Source: Takakia lepidozioides
Lineage: Eukaryota; Plantae; Bryophyta
Length of the DNA stretch: 64,000 bases
Direction of reading: 5' to 3'
Assembly: GCA_030704615.1 (NCBI GenBank)
Contig: CM060731.1
Location: 82,212,001-82,276,000, forward strand
Shown piece by piece: positions 23,380 through 35,885 of this stretch. The position numbers and the translations under genes are program-made. Within the stretch, counting starts at the first letter, position 1. Each line of letters opens with the position of its first letter. The notes beneath the pieces are model-generated. The model did not search any database and had not been told where the DNA came from. It saw only the letters and a list, made by a program, of their open reading frames with translations.

Positions 23380-26300
23380 TTTGTCAATTTGTATGACAAA
23401 TCAGCCTCATAACGAGGCACTATCAATCACTCTTCATTCATAAACCAGTCTGATGACATATAACAGATCTCACAGTTCATGAAATCTCTGGGAGGGGGGG
23501 TGGGATCATATAATTACCACCCATGTTCCCATTAATAAACTGGAGAAGAAGTTCCAGTTTTCATATAGCCATAATGGTCAGATTAGAGCAGTAAACAGCT
23601 TCTAAACTATTTACACATGAAGGGAAAGTCCACACATCTTGTTTTTTGTCCCAAGACCTAGTTTCAATCTGGGGCCAGTGTATAAATGGATTCAAAAGGT
23701 TTTGAGCAGTAAGTGATTACTGATAGTCACAGACTATAAAGAAATCCAGAAAAACATGTCATGGTATATGCCTTAGTAGTAAAGCCAGTCTATCCAGAGC
23801 CCGTTTTAGGTCTTGGGGCAATCTGTATCTACTCCAGCAGGGTACTTGCAAGGTCACAAACAAGTAGAGAAGGACATGAACCCATATGGTCTGCATCAGG
23901 CAGCATACATGGCCTAAAAACAAAGGATTGTGGTTCCTTATGTCCTCTTACTTAGCTGCTTGATATCATTCAAGCCACAACATCATACCAGTCCCATAGA
24001 CCGAAATAAAAGCTCATGCTGTGCTGTAAGACAGCAAATCCAGCATCATCACGTAGTGTAGCAGAAATCAAAGGCAAGAGTCTTTAATAGAAAGTATGTG
24101 TTCTAATAAAGCTCATCTAATGTATTAATGCTCAACAGGAAGAGTTGGAAGCATAGCCAGAAAGATCAAGAAATGGGGGCGGATTCGAATCAGCTCCCTG
24201 AAGAAACAGCTTGAGTCGACTTCACTTCATCGTGCTAGTTTTCAATCAATTGCAAGCTTCATGAATCATATTAAGTGAGGGCCCTCACCTGGTCCCATCA
24301 CATGCAGTCAAAAAACAATGAAGTTAGTGAAGATGTGGAACCCCATGTGAATATCAGGCCTCACGCTTGTTATCGCTGTACAACATGCATTCAGAAAGCA
24401 AGAAGAGATCAAAAGCAAAGCAAAGATATTCCACAACCTTAAGTGTTTGTGGAAGAGGATTCGACATAGCTCCAAGAACTCGATAATCGACAGCCCAAAC
24501 AAACAATGGTTTGCTGAAATCTACGAGCATTTTATCAGGTGAAGGGACTTCCTGATGGTTTAAGAGCGGCGTTGGATCTTAATGACCATTGAACGGAACG
24601 GCAAGCAGTCACAGCTTAAAGTAAGTTGCCCGCCAAGGGAAGAGACAACCTCATTGAGGGAATTGAAGCTCAGCCGCCTTTGTATACCCCAAGGGGATTT
24701 GAAAAGTACTGGAATCTTGCCAGAGCACTTGCAGGCTGTCATAAAGCTTCTCCATAGCCATCAGATTCACAAGATTTGTGCTTAAATGATCCCTCTGACA
24801 CCATCTCTCAGCTCCATCAGAATCAAAACGCACGAGTATCGTGCAGAGTTTAAGGGTGGAGGAAGAGATAGGGCAAACCTTCGCGATTTCATCCAGAATA
24901 GATGAAAAATAGATAATGTAAAGTATTTCCCTAATTCCATCATGATGTCATCCAGTAGTGATGGCATCCAAAAGTAGAATCTGGCTTTCATTAGGGTTTA
25001 GTTTTCATGACCAAACTCATCCAAAGAACCCAGTAATCAGAGAAATTGCTATAATGGAATTCCTCCATTTTCGTGATACATCCATTGTGGATTAAAAAAG
25101 GTTTAGACAACATTAGTCCAAGCCGGCCTGGGTTTTGGAAAAAGTACAAGCAAATTCCTTGTACAGAGGGAGAGGGAGAGAGGGAGAGAGAGGGATCCCA
25201 CTAGCCTGCCCCTGGTATGGCATTCCCTTATGGAATGAGTGTGGTATGCACTCACCCCGTAAGGGAGTGCATACCAGACCCAATCTCATAAAAGCTCTCC
25301 CTCTTCTTTGTAGTTTGTATCACTGGTTAGAAAACCAAAGAGATAAAAAAAACTACAATCCCATCTCCCTAGGTCAAGAAAAAAGCATGCTACAAATGAA
25401 GAAGGTAAATAATCATATATTTATGAGTGTAGAACATACCTTTCAACTTTTCAATGAGCTCTTGTAACGGGAAAAACATGCCAGGGAAGGAACCCTGCTC
25501 AAGGAAGCGTATCAATATACGTGTAAGTTTTCTGGTTTTGAAGCCATTCTTCCCAAGGGTATGTATGAGTAAGCAACATTCTTTCCAAGCCAGATTAACA
25601 CTGTTGGAAATATACAGAATTGGAAAAGCTTGTGAAATCACTATGTTGTAGGATTGATTCACGGATCTATTAGAGAGGAACTGGATGTACTGGGTGTAAG
25701 AGAAAGGTAAGAGTCTTCTCTTATCATAGTTCTGAAATTGGAATTCCCCGGATTCAGGGTTTAATACAGAAATCTGGACATTCATGAAGCATGCTTCCAG
25801 ACCTTCATACGGGGATCCATTCTTAGTTCTTAGTAACTCAGGCTTGATTTCCACCACATTAAGTGGGTAGATCCACCAAGGATTACTGCTGCACATGTCT
25901 GCATCAGGATTGAGAAATAGCATTGCATTTCCAATGTTAAGCCAACATATGTCATCGATATAACGGAAAGCATGTTGAAACTTTGGCATCAATTGAAATT
26001 GACCAAGAGCAGCCAGTCTTAAGATGAACTTAAGCTCGTATGAAAGGAAATAAGTGTTACACCATAAAGGTGAACACGAGAAACCCATGGGGATACCTGA
26101 AATTTGACGCCAAACACGGTCACCCAATGCTACGAAACAATGACACATCAGCCATTTGTGGAGCTGAAGCAACCTGGCTTCATGAAGCTCGATCCAGGTA
26201 CCTGATTTGGGGGAAGAAGTACTCCACTTGCACTTCCCGAAGGTCCCATTCTTTGTTTGGACCCAAAGGGCATGGCGTGACCGGGGGTGATCCATATGGT

Positions 26301-28457
26301 GTTCCTGGAAAGCCAGCTTAATCACATGCTCAATGGCATCACCCAAGTTATCTTCACCTGTCAGGGGAATATTTTCATAGCATTGTGTGATGTCAGCTAC
26401 AAAAACATCATAGATTTTTGTAGGAAGATTTAAAGTGAAATATGTAATGCTGACTATAATCCAATACATGGCAGTAGACACTTTGAAGAATTGTTTATAA
26501 GTGTTTAAGCGTGCTCTGGCCCATTCCTTGATTAAAGGCAGCAAGAACATGGTGGCACATGTAAGGAGGCTGGCAATTTCACTGAACACGCAATTGTGGG
26601 CATTGGTAATCCATCTATACTTTTTTTTGTGTAGTTTGTATATTCCCATCATGTAAGGAAGACTACAAAAAGTAACAGGGATTTCAGGTATCATATCCTG
26701 CACTTCACCAAGGAGGCTTTCCAAAATAGAGTCCGGTGATGACCATACCTCATCTTGAAGACATGGTCTAAAATCCTTACCCATTAAGCGGTGATAGGCT
26801 TGGGTTCTGATGTGCTTCACACATAGAAAACAAACATTGTTGTTAGCCTTATCAAGACCAGACATATACACGTGTTTAGTCTGGGGCCAGTGTATAAGTG
26901 GATTCAAAAGGTTTTGAGCAGCAAGTGATTACTGATTATCACATACTGTAAAGAAATCCAGAAAAACATAGGGCCTGCAGTAAACAACATACTTGCCCTA
27001 GAGCCCAATGGCTGGCACACCATATGGCCTCCTACATAAAGATCCGCCTCACTATATAAGTCACATTAATGTTCATCCAAACAGGGACCCAGTCATGTAT
27101 CCCATGTCTATGTATGTTTTAAATGTGACATTAGCAACAGTTCAAAGCGGAAATTCTTGTTCACCTTGCTAGATTTACTCCCCATGATTACATTGACAGT
27201 CTGGAAAGGAAATTCCAGTCTTTATGTAAACTTATGGCCATATCAAAGCAGCAGACAGCCTTGTACAACATTTACACGTAAGTGGTATGACATCATCCCT
27301 CGTTTTTTTTGCGCCAAGACCTGGTTTAGGCTTGGGTCATTGTATAAATATGGTAACAAGGTGTTGAGTAGCAACCAGTTATACATGTTGCTACTTTACC
27401 ACTGTGCAAAGCAGGGAGGCAAGTCTTCAGATTGCTGAATTTCATCACCCATGGTTACATTGTATATCTGCAGATATTTCTAAACAGTATGTAAACAGGG
27501 AACACAATAGAAGATATTGTATTATGTTCCATAACATAGCTTCAGTCAGGTACAGCAGGTATATACTCTAGCAAAATGTTTACCATATGACAAAGCATTC
27601 ATGGAGGTGTAGAGAGATATACAGGGTCTGTACGAGCTTAATCCCTGATGTCTTAAGATACCTCTAAACATATTGTCTGAGTTCAAAAAGATCCTTCGGG
27701 TTACTGTGCTGCTTGGTACATGCCATAGCAGTAAAGCCAGTCTATCCCAGATCCCGTTTTAGGTCTTGGGGCAATCTGTATCTGCTCCAGCAGGGTACTT
27801 GCAAGGACACAAACAAGTAGAGAAGGACAGGAAACCAAATGGCATGCATCAGGCAGCATACATGGCCTAAAAACAAAAGGTTGGGGTTCCCTATGTCCTC
27901 TTACTTAGCTGCTTGATATCATTCAAGCCACAACATCATACCGGTACTATAAACCGAAATCAAAAGCTCATGCTGGGCTGTAAAACAGCAAATCCAGCAC
28001 CATCACGTAGTGTAGCAGAATCAAAGGCAATAGTCTTAATTAATAGAAAGTATGTGTTCTAATAAAGCTCATCTAATGCACTAATGCTCAACAAGAAGAG
28101 TTGGAAGCATAGCCAAAAAGATCAAGACATGGGGGCGGATTTGAATCAGCTCCCTGAAGAAACAGCTTGAGTCGACTTCACTTCATCTTGCTAGGTTTCA
28201 ATCAATTGCAAGCTTCATGAATCATATTAAGTGAGGGCCCTCACCTGGTCCCATCACATGCAGTCAAAAAACAATGAAGTTAGTGAAGATGTGGAACCCC
28301 AGGTGAATATCAGGCCTCACGCTTGTTATCGCTGTACAACATGCGTTCAAAAGCAAGAAGAGATCAAAAGCAAAGCAAAGATAGTCCACAACCTTAAGGG
28401 TTTGTGGAAGAGGATTCGACATAGCTCCAAGAACTCGGCAATTGATAGCACAAACAA
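23380..28457 (-). mobile_element. Tandem, partly deleted Penelope-like retroelements
   Basis: 23660-23757 matches 26878-26969, 23757-24503 matches 27717-28457, and 23520-23690 is a diverged match to 27180-27350. These repeats flank an RT ORF. Confidence 0.7.
25390..26907 (-). CDS. Penelope-like element reverse transcriptase (Naiad/Chlamys-like); N-terminus deleted/chimeric
   Basis: 505-aa open frame with LDKANNN (DKG-box-like), YKLHK..R.I, ADITQCYENIP, QISGIPMGFSCSP, FRYIDDI and YDKRR..SN....YN.VISQ. No RNase H or integrase is present. Confidence 0.85.
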   Translation of the reverse strand: MNPLIHWPQTKHVYMSGLDKANNNVCFLCVKHIRTQAYHRLMGKDFRPCLQDEVWSSPDSILESLLGEVQDMIPEIPVTFCSLPYMMGIYKLHKKKYRWITNAHNCVFSEIASLLTCATMFLLPLIKEWARARLNTYKQFFKVSTAMYWIIVSITYFTLNLPTKIYDVFVADITQCYENIPLTGEDNLGDAIEHVIKLAFQEHHMDHPRSRHALWVQTKNGTFGKCKWSTSSPKSGTWIELHEARLLQLHKWLMCHCFVALGDRVWRQISGIPMGFSCSPLWCNTYFLSYELKFILRLAALGQFQLMPKFQHAFRYIDDICWLNIGNAMLFLNPDADMCSSNPWWIYPLNVVEIKPELLRTKNGSPYEGLEACFMNVQISVLNPESGEFQFQNYDKRRLLPFSYTQYIQFLSNRSVNQSYNIVISQAFPILYISNSVNLAWKECCLLIHTLGKNGFKTRKLTRILIRFLEQGSFPGMFFPLQELIEKLKGMFYTHKYMIIYLLHL

Positions 28458-28458
28458 C

Positions 28459-28759
28459 TACGGAAGTTCCACATCCCGAGTATGGACGAATCTACACTAT
28501 GATGACCTCCACATCCGCTATGCACGACCGGTTGTACGACATCGTAGTTTCAAATTTCCCCAACTGCACCTGTCCAGATTTTGTTGGCATGCTTATAACA
28601 AGTTTGGGAAAGACAGGCAAATTTATACCCTGCAAGCATCTGTATTTTATCTTCTTGAACAGAATGGTATGTGATCCCAGACGCGACATCTTCATTCTCC
28701 AGGCGACCATGAGTTTCAACGAGGTGAATACACTTATGCAGCGGGATAGGAGCACATAA
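28459..28759 (+). pseudogene. SWIM zinc-finger C-terminus of the MULE transposase, displaced by inversion
   Basis: YDIVVSNFPNCTCPDF..SLGKTGKFIPCKHLYFIF has the CxC..CKH SWIM pattern. It starts abruptly where the PLE repeat homology ends. Confidence 0.85.
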
Positions 28760-28989
28760 CATCCTCTTCACTTTGGTCATCTGCAAATTCCATTACTGGA
28801 TTTCACAAGAGTTGAAACTTGAACTTGATGTCCCTTTCATATATTTGATGCCAATGCAGCCTCCAATTATGTTGTGCAATGTGTGCCATTTCTTTCTTGT
28901 GTGTAGTCGTTCGAAAATAAATGGAATGGATGCAAATGCTTTCACAAGTCGTTCCTGCATTTTAATTTTGGTGGTGTTTGCATGAATGA

Positions 28990-29236
28990 ATGCCACGGCT
29001 ATAGGCCCCTCGGCTATAGGTGTTACATGTTTCTGATGACATGGCATCTGGCAAGTTGTCCAGATGCCACGTTATTCTGACGACTGCCATGTCAGCTGGA
29101 TATTGACACATCAGCAGGCCCACGCCACGTCAGCCTCACGCTCACGCCACGTCAGCGCGACCCCACGCTCACGCGACATCACCTCCGTGTGAGCGTACGC
29201 TCTCCCGCTCACGCGGAAGTCACGTCCCAGACATTC
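28990..29236. mobile_element. Terminus of Mutator-like element copy 2
   Basis: The reverse complement reads GAATGTCTGGGACGTGACTTCCGCGTGAGC..., with GCTCACGCCACGTCA repeats and CCTATAGCCG twice, as at 9637-10095. It lies downstream of the SWIM stop codon. Confidence 0.65.
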
Positions 29237-29329
29237 TATCGCATGTGAACTTGCACGCTCATAGAACTTCGCCACTCACTCACTCTGGGAAGACAGCCTG
29301 CCTCTGTGTAAATACGGACTTTTTTTCGC

Positions 29330-30072
29330 TTCACATTCCTCACAAGGGATGTGAAGCAAAATGGAGTCTGCATGTGCACAGATGCTGGCCTTGTCCGCAA
29401 CCTTGTCAACAACCCACGCACAGAAGCTCAGAGGCTTGATGAGGCAAGCAGATCTCACTATGAGGCCATTGGTTTCTACTCCAATCAATCGGAAAGTCAC
29501 GATTCCTCAGTCTGCACACAAGCTTTTTCTTGGGCCGCCTCTTCTCACCACACGGGCGGCAGATATTCTTGACAAGTCAAAGGACACCATTTGGGAAAGT
29601 GAACAACAGTAGCAGGAGGAGTCTTGCAGTGGCAGGAGGAGCCTTTGCAGTTGAACCGGGTGTCGAACGAGGTACAGGGTAGGGAAGACCTCCTCATGTT
29701 TGTGGAAGGTACATGGTACATGGTTTGATAGAAGATATATTAGGTAGGGAAGACGTTATCTTTGCAGCTGCAGTTTAGGAGACTGATGTGATTTCTATCC
29801 TTGGATTGTTGCCATCATATCAGGTGTTATTTTACTAGAGGACCTCGGGTATGAACGCTTGTGAAATGGCACAACTGGCATGTACCTCAAGGCATGCCAG
29901 AACTGTCGGTAGGTCCGACATTGAATGAACGCCTACATCACGTGGTCGAAGATAAAATCAAGCATCGTACAGGTTGTGGTGGGCCAGTGAATGTCCTCAC
30001 CCGACAACCTACCAAGGATCGTAACAGTCTTGGGGGGGTCAAGTTTGGGGAGATGGAGCGTGATTGCATGTT
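29330..30072 (+). pseudogene. Degenerate fragments of an RNA polymerase second-largest subunit gene, NRPD2/NRPE2 (Pol IV/V)-like
   Basis: GPTLNERLHHVVEDKIKHR..GPVNVLTRQPTKDRNSLGGVKFGEMERDC, preceded by GYERL*NGTTG and RDVKQNGVCMCTDAG. EDK.K.R, RQP..DR and GG.KFG fit NRPD2/E2 better than RPB2 (DDKIHSR, RQP.EGR, GGLRFG). Confidence 0.75.
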
Positions 30073-30074
30073 GG

Positions 30075-31957
30075 GGGGGCGGAGGGGGGGAGTGACTGAG
30101 CAACAGAAGTTGCTGCACCAGTCACTTCCCCACCCCCCCCCCCCCTTTTTTTTTCCCCTCAACAGTCCCTCTCTCTCCACATCCTGATGGGACAGAGGGA
30201 GACAGAGGGAGAGAGGGAGAGAGGGTAATTGGACTTGTCTTGTCAAGACAAGGGCGGTTCAGTTAGTAAAAATTGGACTGGAAACTGGAAATGACAAATC
30301 AGCCCCATAACAGGGCACTATCAATAAAGGACCCGGACCAGGTTTAATCAGGAAATAAATAGGTGGGAGGGTGGGGTAGTGGGTGAAACATTACTGTTTC
30401 AAGAAAGGCAGCATTAAATCATTTAAAACCACTTGGATCAATATGCAATTTTGCACGAATTGAATCCCAGTTCTTGGTTTATTTTATGGTGTATGGAACA
30501 CCTTTTGCCCAGATGCCAATCATATTCCAATCATACCTTACATCCAAATTAGCCCCTTGTTTATTCATAGCCTTTCAATTATTACCAGGCATGAAAGAGG
30601 ATTGGTGTAATTCTGAGACAAAACATAACATTGCTGGCTGGATAGAGATACAGGATCAGGACATCTTATGGAATCCTCTAATTCATACAACATGATTATA
30701 TCAGTTGTTGGAAACCATCATAACATAGGGAATACATTCAGCCAGTCATTTTTGAATAAACATGGCTCCTATGATAACCTCATAGTGACTGGTTGCAGTG
30801 GTTATCACATACCTGGTAGTTAAAAAAGAATTATACAATCCAAGCCAAGTTTCTGTTCAATCAAACAAATTGTTTGCAACCAGAGTATGACCCAGTAGAC
30901 ACATAGTCTATCCCCAACCTTCTGTTTTATTTTTCTTCCCTCATCTCTCCTACTCTCTCCCTCTCTCATTCTTTTCCCTCATCTCTCCCTCTGTCTCCCT
31001 CTGTCCCATCAGGATGTGGAGAGAGAGGGACTGTTGAGGGGGAAAAAAAAAACGGTGAGGGGGTGTGGAAGTGACTGGAGCAGCTGCCCCCCCCCCCACC
31101 TTCCCCCCCCCCCCCCCCCCCTCAACAGTCCCTCTCTCTCCCTCTCTCCCTCGCTGCCTCTCTTCCTCTCTCCCTCTATCCCTCTCTCTCCCTCTCTCTC
31201 CCTCTGTCCCATCACGATGTGAAGAAAGAGGGAGCAGCTGCTCAATCACTTCCCGCCCCCCCCCCCACCTTTTTTTTTTTTTTTTTTTTTTCCCCTTATC
31301 TCTCCCTCTCCCTCTCCCTCTATACAAGGAACTTGCTTGTATTTTTTCCAAAACCCAGGACGGCTTGGACTAATTTTGTCTAAACCATATTTTAATTTCA
31401 TCCATACTGGATGTAATCATGAAAATGGATTAATTCCATTAAAGAATATTCTCTGATAGCTGGGTTCTTTGGATGATTTTGGTCATGAGAACTAGCCCTA
31501 ATGAAAGCCAGGCTATATTTTGGATGCCATCCCTACTAGATGACATCATGATGGAATCAGAGAAGTTCTTTACATCTCATTACCTGTTTTTCATCTAATT
31601 TGGATGAAATCGCGAAGGTTTGCCCTATCTCTTCCTCCGCCCTTAAACTCTGCACGATACTCGTGCGTTTTGATTCTGCTGGAGCTGAGAGATGGTGTCA
31701 GAGGGTTCATTTAAACACAATTTGGTGGCTATGGAGAAGCTTTATGACAGCCTGCAAGTGCTCTGGCAAGATTCCAGTACTTTTTTATTCCCCTTGGGGT
31801 ATGCAATGGCGGCAGAGCTTCAATTCCCTCAATGAGGTTGTCTCTTCCCTTGGCGGAAAATCTACCATAAGCTGTGATTGTTTGTCGATCCGTTCAATGG
31901 TCATTAAGATCCAGCGCCGCTCTTAAACTTTCAGGAAGTCTCTTCACCTGATAAAAT
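30075..31957 (+). mobile_element. Inverted part of the Penelope-like element (repeat B plus CT/G-rich terminal region)
   Basis: 31305-31957 is the reverse complement of 24531-25195. 30110-30225 and 30980-31085 are inverted copies of each other. 30290-30325 matches 23393-23427. Confidence 0.75.
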
Positions 31958-34900
31958 ATTCCCATTTCGTTTTGTTGGCCATGCATCAGCGTTCGGTGGT
32001 GGCACTCTAGAACTTGCTGAAGTAGAAGCACCTGCATGTACAGAGGGGGCTCGCTGAAGGGAGAAGCCTGCCTCCTCCAGCATGGCAATCTCGTGAGTTG
32101 TGAGATGTGTCCCCACCTTCACAGGCCAAAAGCTTGGTGGAGGAGGCTTCATGACAACCGATGGTCGCACAGTCCCACGTACGCACCTACCACAGTCGTC
32201 AGGGCAGAACCAGAATTTGTGGTTCTTCGCCTCGGCTTGCCCGTAAGGCGTGAATAAACCAGTGAAGGTCGGAGCCGGAGTGCGGACCTTGCCTCTGGAT
32301 ATGGAGGACTTGCATTTCTCACGATTGGTTGCTCTGATTGCCGTGCACTTCACTCGAGACCCAGCAGTGGTGCGATCTATGTGCCAGACTTCGTCGGGGC
32401 ACATGGACTCCACCACAGGGGGGAGCACGTTCGCCTCCTGCCCCATTGCACTCACTATGGGAGATGGCTTCCTTTGGCTTTGTGACAAAGGATCGTCCGC
32501 ACTGGATATGCCGGAAACGAACCTATGATGAAATGGAACACGCGGCATGGAGAAGTTGTCCCTGTCCGGCCTGTGGGAGTCCGCATCCGACCCAGGAGGG
32601 GTGTTCAATTTCCGTTTACAAGTCCCGAATCTCTCCTCACCCTCCAGTGGGGAACTCTGGACACTAGTGGAGTTCCTTCCGCACACATGCTGACAGCCCT
32701 GGCAATCTTGTTCGGATCCCCTGATCTTCTTGCTGCTCGCAACATCAACTCGGACTTGTCTAGACCCTTGCCACCAACGCCACCCCGCAAGAACTCCTGA
32801 TATCTCGTCTGATGCAGTAGAGCTCGAATCAGATCATCTGCCGTCGCCACATACAAATCCCGGCCCCGCTTTCCAGATTGCTGCAACCATACATTGTGCA
32901 CCGTCTCCGCCAGATTGCAAGAGGGCATGTCCGCCATCTCCTCAATTGAGAAGTTTTACAAAATAGAAAAACATATATCAGAAAGAAGACAGGCACACCC
33001 CACCATAATAGACGTGATTGGAAATGGATACAAAGTCAATGAAATTTTCAAGTTTTCAAATGCACGCACCGTTGTCATGCATGCTCCCATTGTCTGTACC
33101 GGAAGTGCCAAAATGCCAGCCAGTCTTCTAGCGCTCTCATACTATCTTCTGATGCAGCCCCAGATAAGAACCACCAGGCACGAATTGTCTGGAACAATGT
33201 ATTCGCCTCTGCCATGCTTTTCGCATCTTTGTACTGTTTGCATAGCCTAAGATGAATAGGCTGCATTTCCGGTTTGATGTCTGCCTTTGTATGTTTCTCA
33301 AGGGACTGGGTCCAATGGAAAAGACATGTTTGCTCTCTTCCTGGCATTGGCACCTTTGGATCTCTTCATCCAAACACAATGCGAATAGCATTGAAGTTCG
33401 CTTGAGCACTGTCTGCCATAAATCCGGCGAAATTTGGACATGGGACACCTTGGGAGTCCATAACGCGAATGAGACTTCTCCACATTAGCTGCTGCGAATC
33501 CGCATCCTCTGATTGCATGTCACACACTGCAATTGTCATGACTCGCTGGTAGAAAGGATCGTAAACATGACACGCCATTGTAGTCCAGTCTTTCACTCGT
33601 TTGACGTGATCAAACATAAGGAAACAGTTCTGAAGATCGCCACCCTTCTGCATGCGCTTCACAAGACTGACTCCGCTACCCAACCCGGCTGTGGACATTT
33701 TGAAAACGTACACTTTGTTTGACCCTTGACCTGGGAACACACTCTCTTGAATGTAGTCATACCTGCTCCGTCGCTTCAACTCGAAAATGTTATCAACATA
33801 CCCTCTGTTAGCAGGGCCCATCCTCAATGCATTCACTTGGTTTTTAATGTTCGGCGAGCTCAAGGTAGAGAAGTGATCCATAACATTGTCCAAGGCTGAC
33901 CCGTCGAGTTTCCTACCCACAGAATCTCCTTCACTAAGAATATGGGTTTCCAGGAAAGTCTTGCTTGCTCCAAGAACAATTGTGGAGGTGGTGGCTGTTG
34001 GATTGCTCTCATACTCTTATCTTATCAACCTGGATATTGTTTCAATGCTTTCCCTGTAATCCCCCTTTGACATTGGATGGTTGTGCAACCCGAAATGCAC
34101 TCCGGCTCTAGTCAAGGTTGGAAATCGGTGCACCACATAGTACATTCTTGCTCCACACACTGCCACACAGGAAGGCGCTCGTTTGCAGAACTTGCAAACA
34201 AAAGTGTTGGAGCTTGGAGGTGCTTCACCGGGCTTGAAAGGATTCTCGGCGACACCCTCCCACTCGCTCTGGTTCTGAACCTCTAACCGCAAGAAATGTC
34301 TGCAACTCAAATTCTTGCACCTCAGGTGCCCATTGCACACCGCTCTCCTGAACACGAGCTTGTCATCATTTTGAATATTGGATGTCTTCGTTCTGCACCA
34401 TGGGTGTCCATCGTGTCTTTTGTCCATTCCGTGCATGAGGCTCGAAACGGGTCCACCCCACCCAGGTGGAGGCAGCTCGAAGACAACATCCCCATCAAAA
34501 GATTCTGGAAGGTACTGCACACGCTCAACAGGGACAGTGTCCCAGTCAATCCCCCGCAATTCACTCTTGAAACCGGGCATTCCTCCCATTGACTTCAGTT
34601 TAGGAATGACACTACACAGGTCCTTCAATTCCGGCACCACGACCACCGGAGAAGGAGCAAGAAAAGGAATTTTCGGGACGTCCTCCTCCGAGGAGTCGGA
34701 GAGCTCAACAATTTGTCTGGAAGTTGTGGGCTCCGTCTTCACGACCACATTCCTCTTGTCTTGAACAACAGAAGCAGCAGTTCCCGGCGTCACATACGAA
34801 CCAATTGACCGCCGGCGAGAAGCTCCAAGGACTCTACATCTTCCTGGAGGAACTCTCCACTGACTCTTAAGTGCGTTTTCATCCGGTTTCTGGAAAGCAT

Positions 34901-35123
34901 ACTTCTTCAACTTCCCATCGACACTGTAAACCTCTCTTTCCAGCCACACAGTACCATACTGGAACTCGAAACGCGCTGCTAGGAGATGTTCCTCCGCAAT
35001 TGCAAAACCATTGTCATCGGTCTCCTTCGAGAAAGGTACTGGTTTCTCCACAGAGTAAAACTCCGCTTCGGAGGAAGCCATGTTGCTGCAAGAGAAATTC
35101 CCTCGCAGAAGTGCGGAAGCCAC
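31958..35123 (-). pseudogene. Mutator-like (MULE) DDE transposase with N-terminal GCM/WRKY-like Zn domain; degenerate
   Basis: N-terminal C.GHLRC.N..C ... CKFC..C.A..GLHNHP. Catalytic core FDHVKRV (D), FMADSAQAN (D), CLFHW (CxxH) and CNLAETVH (E). Disrupted by an in-frame stop at 34017 and frameshifts near 33360 and 32640, with an intron at ~33068-32941. Confidence 0.85.
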
Positions 35124-35885
35124 AACTTCTGTGCGGATTCTTGTTACAAACGATAGTGGGGATTACATTTCTCATGCTTTGCATTTCAGACCGAAACCCA
35201 AAAGTCCGTCACCTTTACTAACGAGGTCGGCAAATGACAACACGTCATGTATGTCCCAAACCGTTTTGGAAGGGTCAGCCAAGACCTGTTTTTAAAGCTG
35301 ACATACCGTTAAAGAGCCTTTCAGAAACAGTTGTCAAAATAGTTCATAAAACAGTTGTTAAGCAGTTATGTGCCTTTACAGACACATGTGAAATGACGGT
35401 GGAGACCGACATCCCATGCCACCCCAATGTGTTCAGCCACGTGGTACCCGACATGCATTGAGTATAGAGTTTAAGAGGAAACGCCGTCGAACGAATGGAA
35501 GATGTTCATCCGGGAGAATCCAAAAAATCTACTGAAATTAGTCATCCATCCGAATCAAATCCATGCGATGGCCATACCTCCATAATGAAAGACGGCGGCC
35601 ACCGCATAATGGACGAGTGTGCCGTTAGGAGGGGGACACGTATGCAGTGAATACATGCATAACCGCCGAGAGCGATGCCCCGGCTGCTACTCATCGCACG
35701 ACGTCTCTCAATCCAGTAGATCGTAGTTTTTCAAGCTGGAGAGTAGCAAGAGACAGAGTTTCTGTCTGTTTGCTTTTAGCACTCACTAACGACATCTTAA
35801 TTGGGCCATCCTTTCTGGTTTGCAGATGCAGCTATGTGGCTCAAGGCCACGGTTTCTGATATGATTGTTGTCTCTTCTTTTGTAG

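Noticed and set aside
9637-29236. Single 19.6-kb element bounded by TIRs at 9637 and 29236
   Set aside because: The flanks show no target-site duplication and the ends are only loosely similar. The 29236 end lies inside the inverted segment and belongs to element copy 2.
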